A stretch of DNA of 64,000 bases from contig MU058451.1 of assembly GCA_013265495.1 (NCBI GenBank), positions 2,022,167-2,086,166 of the forward strand, written 5' to 3'. Numbering within the stretch: position 1 is the first letter of the stretch; each line of letters starts with the position of its first letter. The notes below the pieces were generated by a model. The model saw only the letters and a list, made by a program, of their open reading frames with translations. It searched no databases and was not told where the DNA came from. Below are positions 53,369-64,000 of the stretch, in pieces. The DNA is from Vicugna vicugna. Taxonomy: Eukaryota. Position numbers and translations under genes: made by a program.

Positions 53369-54722
53369 GTTTTTAATGAGCTCCAGTTTTCTGGGTTTGG
53401 CATGCAAACAACTGGTTAGGTGATAGAATATGCTTGAAAGTGTTGAAAATATGAACATTACATAGGTCTGCAATTGTATTTAAATGGGAGATAAGCAATT
53501 TGAGTTCTTTATTCCCTCCCAGTGCTGGCCAAGGTTGCTTTTTCCAGACCCATCTCCAGCATGTCTTACACTTTAATCATTTACATTGTATAGATGCTTC
53601 ATGTGCTCGATCTAGTCTGACCCTCAACAACCCTCGGAGGCAGGCGAGGCAAATGTGAGGCACCGCAGTTTGCAGATGAGGGCGCTGGGGTTCGGAGAGG
53701 CAACAGGCTTGTCCGTGTGGCCAGGTGGAGGCAGAGCCATGTGTTTTAATTCTTTGCTCTGTGTTCCTTTCACCACCCACTATCTTCAAAGGATATAAAA
53801 TCAACAAGTTGGGAAATAGAGGCAAATCTCCAACTGGCCTTACTTCTCTCACAAAGAGAAATTAGCATAACCAATTGCTAATTGGGGACCCATTACCGCG
53901 CGTACTGGGAACCCCATTCTTAACTCCATGTGATCCTCTGAATGTCTGGATCTAAGAGAAGAATTAAATCGTTATCCAGGCAATTCAAAAGGGAAGAGAA
54001 GTTTTATCCGGAAAGAACATGTATCCCCAGTAACTAAATGCTTGGAACAGACAAAGTGTGATGTTTTTCGAAGCTTTCCCATTTGAATTTTTTATTTCAT
54101 AAGCAACAAACTGTATTTTGGCAATTCATCCAAAATGACAGGATCAATTGTGATTTGTCCTTGGTTTGGCTTGCAGACGTGACTGGAATTAGCAAAATAT
54201 CTTAGTTTAGAAAGAATCTCCAATGTTAGAGGTGAGAGGAGCCTTGGGGATGATCTAATCCAAATCTCCAAGGGGGCTGGCTGATGTTACACAGATAATT
54301 GTTTGAAATTTCCGCTTCATTTGCCAGGTACAAACACAAGTCTGTTTGCTGGAGCCGAGAGAAACAGCCAGCTCTGGAGGCCAGTTATTAGAGGTGGCAG
54401 GATTAAAAACCTAACTTGTGCACAGTTAAGATAAACGAAGCAATACCTAAATGCCATTTGCGTTTGCTGTATTAAAGTAAACATCCAAGTTTAGAAGTGT
54501 ATCCTGTAGCTTAGAGCAAAATTTTCACATTTGCTCTTTTATTGTGTTAGGAAAAAAAGAATTCTACAATAAGACAGTAACCTTGCATTTGGCTTACTGC
54601 ATCACACATCATCCTTGGTATATACTGAATAATTTGCCTAAAGTATTGTCTTTCTGGGAGAACTCACAAGATATTTAAAGCTTCGCAAGAAGCTTCACAA
54701 GATATTTAAAATAAGCCATTCC

Positions 54723-54838
54723 AGGGTGTTGAGTATAACTCAGCGGTAGAGTGCATGCTTAGCACGCACGAGGCCTGGGTTCAATCCCCAGCACCTCCAT
54801 TAAAAATAATAATAGTAATAACAATAGTAGTAAAAGAA
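54723..54838 (+). mobile_element. Short tRNA-Ala-derived SINE or retropseudogene (head plus A-rich tail only)
   Basis: tRNA-Ala(AGC)-like head ending cacctcca, then an (AAT/AGT)n tail. 15-bp TSD aaaataagccattcc at 54708-54722 and 54839-54853. Confidence 0.88.
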
Positions 54839-56569
54839 AAAATAAGCCATTCCTTTACATCGAGAGCAAATGGGTTTTGACAGATTGAATTTGAACATGA
54901 GACAGAAAATAATGCACCTCAGTACCTTATGGTTTCTTTAACATGACTTGGGGGTGACTGGGGAGTTGCTGAGGGCTTGAGAGTTTGGGGGAGAATTTAG
55001 TAATTCTTTTTCTTCAGTAATGTACTTCAAATCATAGTGGGCAGGTACTAAATTTTCAGGTGTTAAAAGTAGCTGTATTCATTAAGTTGCCAGAGCCTAG
55101 ACCCTAGGCTGTGGTAGAACTGAGTGATGTTTCATTATTTCCCAAAATTAGCTGTCAAAGAAAAATGACCTCCAACCTAGCTCGGATTGTGGAGTCAAGG
55201 AAAACTGAAGGCCCACCTTGGGTCTTCCACTGTGTTCTTTGTCTGAGAGGCTGGGCACTAATAGAATGGTCTCACTTCATTTCTACTTCTCTCCGTGCTC
55301 TTGGAAGTGATAAACATCAGTAAAATATATCCAAACTGGGCAGGTGCACAGCTAAAAAGATACAGAAAATCTAGAATGTGGATTATCAGCACAAGAATGA
55401 TGATGCCCGTACTTGAAATGCCCAAAGGTGTCTTGGCAATAGTGTGACCTCCTAGAAAACACAGAGGGACCTGGTTCCTGATGGTAAGATCGTAAAAGTG
55501 GGTGGAATGTGACCAGTGCTCCCTGAGAATATTTTAGCAACAGAATATTGTAAATATGCCCCTTCCACTGGCCTCTGAAGGTAGAGGTTCTAGGCGAGCA
55601 CTCCCAACTTGTCCTTAATAGACCCTCTCAATCCATTTTCCGTGGGTATAGCTAAACCCTCCTGAGGGAGTTTCTAGCTTCAGCCTTCACAGTCTCATAG
55701 AGGAGACGAAGAGAACCTTTATTCTACTTTTATTCATTGAGCCACATTTTTAAAGGAAATTCTAAAGTATACTCAAGTCAAAAGTACTCGGCGAAGTTCT
55801 GTGTAAGAAAAAATACATAAAACTCTAATAATGAAGTATTATTCTTTAAGTTAAGGAACCATAAACCTTTACTTAACATCTGTAGCACATTCTGACACAA
55901 ACCATGGTTTTCCTCTAAAGCGATTTAAGAGGAAAGATGCGAGCTGGAAGAAACAAGAAGAAAAAACAATGAGAAACATAAAGAAGGCGGATGAGGACAA
56001 CAGAGCAAGATCAAGGAGAATAACCCAGAAGCAGAGAAACTCAGGATAAAGGGAAGGGTCCAAAAGTTCAGAAGTCCTGGTGTCACTTATAGATAAACTA
56101 ATTTTCAGTCTCGTGTTTACTGAGCTGTGTGGCCTCGAGATATTTAATCGCTGCCTTCTGAAGTGTTTACTAGATGCGGACTCATTAAAGTGAAACAGTC
56201 CCTGTCAAGATATTTTTCGCAGAGCTACAAGTAATTACTGAGACCAGTGACACCTCCCAAGGTCATTGCCCATCAGATGAAACCAAGCCAGACCTAACCT
56301 AGGGAAGAGAGGTTTCCTGCTTCACCAAGAATTGTGTGCCCCAGATGCACAGTCTTTGCTAAGCAAAGAAGTGCTTCCATCCATTGCCCTCAAGCCTTAA
56401 ACTTCATGCTTTGTCTTATCAGTCTAGAACACTGGCTTCGGGGGAGGAAATCCCTGCCTGGGCTGTCTACGCCCGGCATGGTTTTACAGATATCCCACGT
56501 ATCTGTTCTTGCTCTTCGTCTTTCCAGACTGAGGTCTGGTTCATTTCGGCCTTGAATCCTATGAGTCAT

Positions 56570-56770
56570 TTTCATTTATATAAAGATGTCTGTGTGCCAT
56601 GTAATCTTCACACTGGCCGTGAAATAACTACAAGTGTTGTGCTCATTCAACAGATCTGTAAACTGAGACACAGAGAGGTTAAGTAACTTTCCCAAAGTCA
56701 CACAGTAAGTGATAAAGCCAAGCTCAGAAGTCAGAATGACTGACTCCAAAATTCAGTCACTTGACCCTCC
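56570..56770 (-). mobile_element. MIR
   Basis: aaactgagacacagagaggttaagtaactttcccaaagtcacacag. Confidence 0.8.
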
Positions 56771-57500
56771 TTTGACTTGTTATTGAGTGCTTTCTGGCTC
56801 CATCGTGCTGCCGTTCCTCTGCCCGAGATGTCTGCCCTGGAACTTAAATCATCCTGGACAGTCTTCAAGTTCTTCTTTGTGAAACCTTCCTTGACTGAAC
56901 GAAGTTAGCTCAAAGTCTTCCTCTCCCACATGAGGCTGGCCAGAAGTCCACACATCGCAGGATGAAGGCTCCCCTGACTTGGGTCTGCCGTCAGTGCTTA
57001 CCACGCAAACCGTATTTGTTCTATAGGAAGCATTGTTGTACTGAGGCCATATTATCTCTTCATGTATAGCTCTGCATTCTTGTTTCCAGTTGTAGAATGA
57101 AAATTCTGGAAATCATGAATTTTTTCTAGCTTCTGTTACATGGATGGCAATGAATTCACTTAAGAAAACCCAAACTGTGTGGTTAAGAGAGAAAAATTAC
57201 AAATAACTAAGAGAGGAGAAATGATTATTGCACCTAAATTATTCCAAATTTGCCTAAGAACGGATGGGCAAGGAGGAGAGGAGAATGGACATTTTTCAAA
57301 TAGCTTGGGCCCTAGAATGTAAATGTGTACTGCATTAGGCTTCTGAGGGAAATGAACTCATAAAAAGTGAATGTATTTGTATTAGTTAGGAGGTTGGGGG
57401 TTGTAAAGGGACCTTCTTGGAACGCATCTGAGCGATACACATTATTTAAAGCAAGGTGGACCCATCTGTCTCCTGGCTGCCTAAACAGACTAAGATGACT

Positions 57501-57529
57501 TGCTAACTTGACTTTGGGTTCTTTTCCAG
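57501..57529 (+). promoter_or_regulatory. 3' splice site: branch point (tgCTAAC, A at 57506), pyrimidine tract and AG (57528-57529)
   Basis: tgctaacttgactttgggttcttttccag|ATCTTGGCC; the exon starts at the conserved ILAIVS junction. Confidence 0.92.
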
Positions 57530-59689
57530 ATCTTGGCCATCGTGTCCATCCTGTTCATCGTACTCTCCACCATCGCACTGTCTCTCAACACGCTCCCGGA
57601 GCTGCAGGAGATGGATGAGTTCGGGCAGCCCAACGACAACCCCCAGCTGGCACACGTGGAGGCCGTGTGCATCGCCTGGTTTACTATGGAGTACCTTTTA
57701 CGGTTCCTGTCCTCGCCAAATAAATGGAAGTTCTTTAAAGGCCCGCTGAACGTCATCGACTTGCTGGCCATCCTGCCCTACTACGTCACCATTTTCCTCA
57801 CCGAGTCCAACAAGAGCGTCCTGCAGTTCCAGAACGTGAGGCGCGTGGTTCAGATCTTCCGAATCATGCGGATCCTCCGGATCCTGAAACTCGCCAGGCA
57901 TTCGACAGGCCTGCAGTCTCTGGGTTTCACTCTCAGGCGGAGTTACAATGAATTGGGTTTGTTGATATTGTTTCTGGCCATGGGGATAATGATATTTTCC
58001 AGCCTGGTATTTTTCGCTGAGAAGGACGAAGATGCTACCAAGTTCACCAGTATCCCAGCCTCCTTTTGGTGGGCCACCATCACCATGACCACGGTAGGCT
58101 ACGGTGACATCTACCCAAAAACGTTACTAGGGAAGATCGTGGGAGGCCTCTGCTGTATTGCCGGGGTTCTGGTGATCGCCCTTCCCATCCCAATCATCGT
58201 GAACAATTTTTCTGAGTTTTACAAGGAGCAGAAACGCCAGGAGAAGGCCATTAAAAGGCGAGAGGCTCTTGAGCGGGCCAAAAGGAATGGAAGCATCGTG
58301 TCTATGAACTTAAAAGACGCCTTTGCTCGAAGTATGGAACTGATAGACGTGGCTGTGGAGAAGACAGGAGAGTCGGCCAACACCAAGGACTCCACGGATG
58401 ATAATCACCTCTCTCCGAGCCGGTGGAAGTGGGCCAGGAAGGCTCTGTCGGAAACAAGCTCCAACAAGTCTTACGAGAATAAGTACCAGGAGGTTAGCCA
58501 AAAAGACTCCCACGAGCAGCTGAACAACACTTCCTCCTCCAGCCCACAGCATCTGAGCGCCCAGAAACTGGAGATGCTATACAATGAAATCACCAAGACC
58601 CAGCCTCACTCTCACCCGAACCTGGACTGCCAGGAGCAGCCCGAGAGACCGTCAGCCTATGAAGAAGAGATAGAGATGGAGGAGGTGGTCTGCCCACAGG
58701 AGCAGCTGGCCGTGGCGCAGACCGAGGTCATCGTGGACATGAAGAGCACCTCCAGCATTGACAGTTTCACCAGCTGCGCCACCGACTTCACAGAGACAGA
58801 GAGGTCGCCCCTGCCGCCGCCCTCCGCATCTCACCTGCAGATGAAGTTCCCACCTGACCTCACAGGGATAGAGGAGCACCCCAGAGCCAGGGGCCCCCCA
58901 TTCCTAACACTAACCAGAGAGAAGGGGCTGGCAGTTAGGGAGGCCACCCCAGACTACGCTCCGATCGATGTAACTGTGAACCTCAACGCTGGCAGTTCCC
59001 AAAGTGGGCTCCCTGGCCCCTTGCAGTCTGACAGTGCCTCCGAGAGCCCAAAGAGCTCGCTGAAAGGCAGCAACCCACTCAAGTCCCGATCGCTCAAGGT
59101 GAACTTCAAGGACAACAGAGGCGGTGCCCCGCAGACCCCGCCCAGCACAGCCAGGCCACTGCCGGTCACCACGGCTGACTTTCCACTCAGCACCCCTCAG
59201 CTTATCAGCACCATCCTCTTAGAAGAAACACCCTCCCAGGGAGACAGACCCTTGCTGGGCGCTGAGGTTCCGGCACATTGTCAGGGACCCTCCAAAGGGC
59301 TGACACCTCGGTTTCCCAAACAGAAGCTCTTTCCTTTCTCAACACGAGAGAGGAGGAGCTTCACGGAAATAGACACTGGCGAAGACGACGACTTCTTAGA
59401 GCTCCAGGGGACCACGAGGCAGGACAAGCAGGCAGACTCCAGCCCAAATTGCTTTGCAGATAAGCCTAGTGATGGAAGAGACCCTTTAAGAGAAGAGACC
59501 TCTGTAGGCTCTTCCTCTCCAAAGGACACAAGTCACAACTGTAGGCAAGACATTTACCAGGCTGTGGCAGAAGTAAAAAAGGACAACAGTCAAGAAGAGT
59601 GCAAGATGGAAAACCACTTGTTTGCCCCAGAAATTCATTCCAACCCGGGAGACACAGGTTACTGTCCCACACGTGAAACCAGCATGTGA
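57530..59689 (+). CDS. KCNB2: Terminal coding exon of voltage-gated potassium channel Kv2.2 (S1-S6, pore and long C-terminus; 719 aa, ILAIVSILF...CPTRETSM*). The N-terminal T1-domain exon lies upstream, outside the window
   Basis: Uninterrupted 2160-bp frame starting in phase 0 after cttttccAG. S4 [21 protein letters not shown] at 57839-57901, TVGYG filter at 58091-58105, Kv2-type PIP hinge at 58184-58192, PRC motif [12 protein letters not shown]. The C-terminus ending ...[13 protein letters not shown] is Kv2.2 rather than Kv2.1. The ORF track's TTG start at 57533 is not a real start. Confidence 0.98.
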   Translation: MLAIVSILFIVLSTIALSLNTLPELQEMDEFGQPNDNPQLAHVEAVCIAWFTMEYLLRFLSSPNKWKFFKGPLNVIDLLAILPYYVTIFLTESNKSVLQFQNVRRVVQIFRIMRILRILKLARHSTGLQSLGFTLRRSYNELGLLILFLAMGIMIFSSLVFFAEKDEDATKFTSIPASFWWATITMTTVGYGDIYPKTLLGKIVGGLCCIAGVLVIALPIPIIVNNFSEFYKEQKRQEKAIKRREALERAKRNGSIVSMNLKDAFARSMELIDVAVEKTGESANTKDSTDDNHLSPSRWKWARKALSETSSNKSYENKYQEVSQKDSHEQLNNTSSSSPQHLSAQKLEMLYNEITKTQPHSHPNLDCQEQPERPSAYEEEIEMEEVVCPQEQLAVAQTEVIVDMKSTSSIDSFTSCATDFTETERSPLPPPSASHLQMKFPPDLTGIEEHPRARGPPFLTLTREKGLAVREATPDYAPIDVTVNLNAGSSQSGLPGPLQSDSASESPKSSLKGSNPLKSRSLKVNFKDNRGGAPQTPPSTARPLPVTTADFPLSTPQLISTILLEETPSQGDRPLLGAEVPAHCQGPSKGLTPRFPKQKLFPFSTRERRSFTEIDTGEDDDFLELQGTTRQDKQADSSPNCFADKPSDGRDPLREETSVGSSSPKDTSHNCRQDIYQAVAEVKKDNSQEECKMENHLFAPEIHSNPGDTGYCPTRETSM

Positions 59690-59935
59690 CTAGTTACAAA
59701 AGCAATAAAAAAAAAAAAACTTGTTTCTTAAAAATGCGATTAATAATACCTGTGAACTAAAACATGGGAAGCCCCTCCCTCCCAAAAAAGTGCATAAAAT
59801 GTTATTTTTGCATGGCATGAACAGTTTAGTTTAAGTACTGTTTAAATAAAGAATCAAGACTGCATTTTGTAACAAACAAACAAAAATGACTGAAGAATAG
59901 TGAACAAATAAAGAAAGCTCTATTAGGAACCAGTA
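59690..59935 (+). terminator. KCNB2: KCNB2 proximal 3' UTR with candidate poly(A) signals AATAAA at 59704, 59845 and 59907
   Basis: Three AATAAA hexamers after the TGA; U/GU-rich sequence follows the 59907 signal. Which signal is used cannot be told from sequence alone. Confidence 0.6.
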
Positions 59936-60855
59936 TTCTGCAATGTCTGACATTTTTGATCCTTTCATTTCAGATTGTAGACAGAGTTTCAACTTTGAGC
60001 TTTTCTGTTACCATGAATTTTAGAATTCGCACATGAAAGGATGAAATGTCATTGCATGCATTCACAATTGCGAGGCGCAAGGTGCTTTGAGCTTGCAAAA
60101 TGCATAACCTTGTAAATAACGGGGCCTGGGATGCAAAAGTGTCAAGAACGTACGGAAACAAGTTTCTGAGACACAGGCACTTCCTTCACAGCTACTGCCT
60201 GGAGGAGCTGTACAGACTTCTTGTTGCACAATTGCAACCTCTTCTTAAACCATCTCACATATCTTGCTTTGGGTTATAAAGCTCTTACAAGTACATTTGT
60301 TAAAAGGAATACAGTATTTTTATTGACTTGTGATATAACTCATAGGGTGCATTTTTCTTTTTTGCTTCTGCTTAATTGTGGCATTTGTGGTTTTATTTCT
60401 AAATCATGAAAATAGGCAAGATGTAATGACCAGATATCCAAAATTTTGGAATTGAAGCTTGAAATTTTGCCCGTCAATTATATCAATAATTCCATGGGGG
60501 AAAAAAGTGTATAACATGCCACAGCCTGTTACAGAAATGTAGTTTTCTAAAACCTGAACATATTTAAAAGCTTATACATCTAAACTTTTTTTAATGGCAC
60601 TCCACATTTGGAAATCAGTTCTTAAAAAAAAATGTACATTGGTCATCTAAAGATGACTGTATTTTCCACTTGTATCCTACATAACCTTTTCTGTCTATAG
60701 ATCTAAAGATAATGTAAATATGCCAAAATGGGAATTCCAAAAAGTTTGACTTTTGGCAAACTAAAAGCAGAGCTATTTAAGTGAGACTGACACCCAACTC
60801 TCCGTAGATAGAGCTGGGTTCGGAAATGAGTTGACATAAAAAGAACCCTGACTTG

Positions 60856-60990
60856 GGGGGAGGGTATAGCTCAGGGGTAGAGCACGTGCTTAGCATGCAA
60901 GAGGTCCTGGGTTCAATTCCCTAGTACCAATTCAATTTACATAAATAAACCTAATTACCTCTTCCCACCCCCGCTCCGACCCAACGCCAA
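60856..60990 (+). mobile_element. tRNA-Ala-derived SINE (Vic-1-like)
   Basis: Typical head and tail. 18-bp TSD aaaaagaaccctgacttg at 60838-60855 and 60991-61008. Confidence 0.92.
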
Positions 60991-62445
60991 AAAAAGAACC
61001 CTGACTTGATAATGGCCCCCAGTGGGGGAGGGAACACTGCCACGTGGAGAGGGCCGCCAATGTCAGTAGCACCATCAGTAATGGCAGTCACTGCAGCATC
61101 TAAAACGCCCCCTCACCTTTCCAAGGCCCCCAGGAGGTGGTCAGGATTACCCTTGGTGAAAGCAATACTTCTAGCATTTTCCACTGAGAACAGTAAAATC
61201 CAGAGCAGTTAGGGTAGTTGCTGGCGGTTGCCCTGGTGGTGAAAACTCTTCTAAAACCCAGGTCATTTGGATCCACTTCGCCTCACAGGAAATCAAGGGT
61301 CAGACTCAGATATGCAACTGCCTGATGTGTGATCCTGGATGAGCCTTGAAAACCTATCTTTGTCTCAGTTTTACCCCAATAAAAGCCAAGACAAATTATT
61401 TATAAGCTACCTTATGACTTCAGACTAATATGATTCGTGGGAACGTCCAAGTTTTGTCTCCTCAGAATGCATTTTGTATGTAGGTGTGGGTGTGCGGGTG
61501 GGTGTGGGTGTATAGTTCAGGGTAATAGGAAAGTTCTGGGCCAAATTTAAAGCACAACCTTTTGTTTATGGAGAAAAAATCTAACTTTTATTCTATTTTT
61601 AAAAGAAAAAAACACACTGGAAAAAGACAACCCAAATATTTAGACTCTTACTTAAGGCTCTAAGGAATAACATGTCTTTATTAACAAAATCTGGTCATTA
61701 TATCTCAGATAAGAAAACAAGTTTTGATCTTAGTTGAAATCCACACAACTCTACTGCTAAAAATAATCTTAAACATTTCTTTCTCACTGTGCTTAGAATT
61801 TCTTGATGGTTTTATGTTTGTTTCAAAATACAATCTTTAAGAGTTTATGATCATTAATCATTGATATTTACATTACTCATACTTATTTCAGTGTCTGAAA
61901 CTAATTGTTGATCAGTTTTTGTAAATCTAGAGTGTCTGAATTTTCTATATATAGTTTTTCAAGGAAACAGATATATCTGCTGTTAGAGGAATAGCAAATA
62001 AGTCATGAAAATTATTTTCTTTACATAGTCTCACGAAGCAATTATTTTCTAATGTCTCTGTATTGATGAATCTCAGTTTTTTTTAATTTATCTGATAGTT
62101 TATTAATAATACTACCTTTCATGTGTCCATTAGGCCTTCTACTGAGAACTTTGCTCCAGAATGCTGAATATTAGAAATCTTTCCTAGATAAGAAATCCTA
62201 GACATTCCTCCTGAAAGCGTTATCCTTAAAAACATTTTCCCGTGTAATATTTTTTAAGTTTTAAAGAATTTTCAAGAACATCCTATGGAAAGTTTAACCT
62301 TCAATTCTTCTTAGCCCCTCTGAGCCAAAAGTCTTCAACTAGGAAAAAATAAAATAAAATGCTCCTCTAAAAAAAGAAAAAGCTTTGACTTTATTGTTTC
62401 ACAGGGAAGCACTGTGGGAACCGAGGGCTCCCAGAATGCACTTGT

Positions 62446-62723
62446 GCAGAGCTTCCTAAACCTTTTCAGTGAACTTCACCTAATGCAGAGATAAAGGTGT
62501 CTGCCTGGAGTGGTCTGGGAACATACCAAGCACAGAGTTCCTTCAAAATCTGATGTTTTACGGTAAAAAGTCATGAAAATTCTGCATTTTCCTAACATAG
62601 GTTTCCATGTAAAAGAAATGATGTTTTCTTTTCCTTATCAACTAGTAAAATTGATAGTCTTTTAACTTCAAATACCTCTTTTATACCCCCTGGAAAACAC
62701 ATCCCCAGTTTGAGAAGCACTGC
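62446..62723. mobile_element. Probable old hAT-Charlie MITE
   Basis: Termini cagagcttcctaaac ... cagtttgagaagcactg resemble Charlie-type terminal inverted repeats. Confidence 0.45.
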
Positions 62724-64000
62724 ATGAGTGGTGGGGACGTAAGCTGGCTCCCTGAGGGACCCTGGAGGTTTCTGCTGCTGGGAGGGCACCCTCATTGTCA
62801 CCTAGCTCAGTAACCAGGGACAGATGTCAAAGAGGAAAGACGATTTGCATGAACTCAAAATAACACAGTCTCAGGAATGGTTAATTCACTTCTGCTGGTT
62901 ATCTTAATAACAAAGGCAAATTGCTACAAGATTGTTTTAGCTCAAAGATTGAGCTTAATTTTAAGAGGATAGAAATGGGCTGCATGGATGTATGTCTTAG
63001 GCTGTGTCACAGATATAAGAGTGACGCACTGAGTCCCTGGAGTTCACCTAATGAGTCTCTAAATATTTTCACTAGAAATTTCTCCACTCTGGCACGGCCA
63101 ACAGCTTGGAGGCAAGCATTTAGATCAGGCATTATCCTGATGTGAACTGGATTTGGTAACAGGAAGAATACGTGCCAAGTGTCTGTTCCCATTAATTTCT
63201 TGTCAAAACAGTCTCACTCTCACGTAGACATGAGGAAAGTCAACAATTCAACTATTTTCTCTTGAAATTTGAATGGGGGGAAAAAAGCCTTATGTGTGTA
63301 GAGTATTTTAGAGAATTTTGTCATGCTTAGTTCTCACAACAGCCTTCTGAATTAGGTATTATTTATTAATAAAGGACCAGAGAGGTTGGGAATCTTGTTC
63401 AAGTTCTCACTGGTCACTGGTGAATAGTAGAATGAGGCCTCACCACATCTGGCTTCAAGTCCAGCGCTCTGAGAAACCACAAGAAACTGTGTTTAGTTAG
63501 GTTCTTTTTTTTCTATTAGTATTCAAAATCATGTAAATGAAAGTAGAGGTGCATTTATTGTCCTGCAGTTTGTTTAAAGCAGCAGTAGATCATGCCACAT
63601 GGTAATGACTTAAGATAAATGACATTGACCATCTTTAGCACATAGGTGTGCCCATTTGGAATTCTAGTCGTAAGATACACATCGCTAGGTTAAAGAAAAG
63701 AATTTATTATTCACAATGTAACATGACATACACATTAGGCTGAAGGAAGCCACTTGATTTTCAAAAAGCAAAAAATTAGACTTTAGAACTACTTCTGAGT
63801 TCAGAAATATGGTCTAATAGAGTATTATTAGACCATTCATTTAGCAAAGACTAGGTGTGCACCCTTATATTCTATAGAAGGCATTGTGTTTGGTGCTGGA
63901 GTACAGCCCCCAGCCTCATGGGGCTTACTGCCTTGCCCACTTCAAGCCAGGCTGAGGATCAATCGAGGTGCTGAAAAATGTCTCTTCTGGGTGTGGAAAT

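Larger units (their letters stand above)
1..57529 (+). other. KCNB2: 3' portion of the very large last intron of KCNB2
   Basis: No T1-domain exon in the window; repeat-rich non-coding sequence up to the acceptor. Consistent with the known two-coding-exon structure of mammalian KCNB genes. Confidence 0.85.

Noticed and set aside
55935..56060. Purine-rich stretch that looks coding (possible cryptic exon or pseudogene)
   Set aside because: Stops in all three + frames, no recognisable protein, no clear splice sites, no poly(A) or TSD.
431..57500. Numerous 60-160-aa ORFs in the six-frame track
   Set aside because: No recognisable domains, many use TTG/GTG starts or lie in repeats, and such ORFs are expected by chance in intronic DNA. 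Only the L1 ORF2 remnants show real homology.
57490..59672. Antisense and alternative-frame ORFs overlapping the KCNB2 exon
   Set aside because: Short shadow ORFs caused by the codon bias of a GC-rich exon; no independent evidence.
1..64000. CRISPR array, operon, prophage or other novel multi-gene system
   Set aside because: This is eukaryotic intron/exon DNA with no regularly spaced repeat-spacer array and no second protein-coding gene.

Overview
Mammalian genomic DNA, most likely a camelid (alpaca/llama/camel), judged from six tRNA-Ala-derived Vic-1-type SINEs. The window holds the last ~57.5 kb of the giant last intron and the whole terminal coding exon (57530-59689, + strand) of KCNB2, the Kv2.2 voltage-gated K+ channel, followed by its 3' UTR and about 4 kb of downstream flank. 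The rest is ordinary intronic sequence with LINE-1 3' fragments, L2/MIR relics, MaLR/ERV LTRs and hAT/Tigger MITEs, plus a 283-N assembly gap. All other ORFs in the track are spurious or L1-derived. I found no support for a new biological system. The most notable items are: a chimeric inverted L1 structure at 41.2-44.6 kb (probably a gap-filling misassembly of two convergent young L1s, possibly a real templated insertion); a non-canonical 8-bp-spacer REST/RE1 site; an L1-retroposed, polyadenylated ERV-LTR transcript; and a cluster of palindromic/ETS motifs at 29.5 kb. Repeat family names are recognised by eye from remembered consensus sequences, not from a database run, and old-repeat boundaries are approximate.
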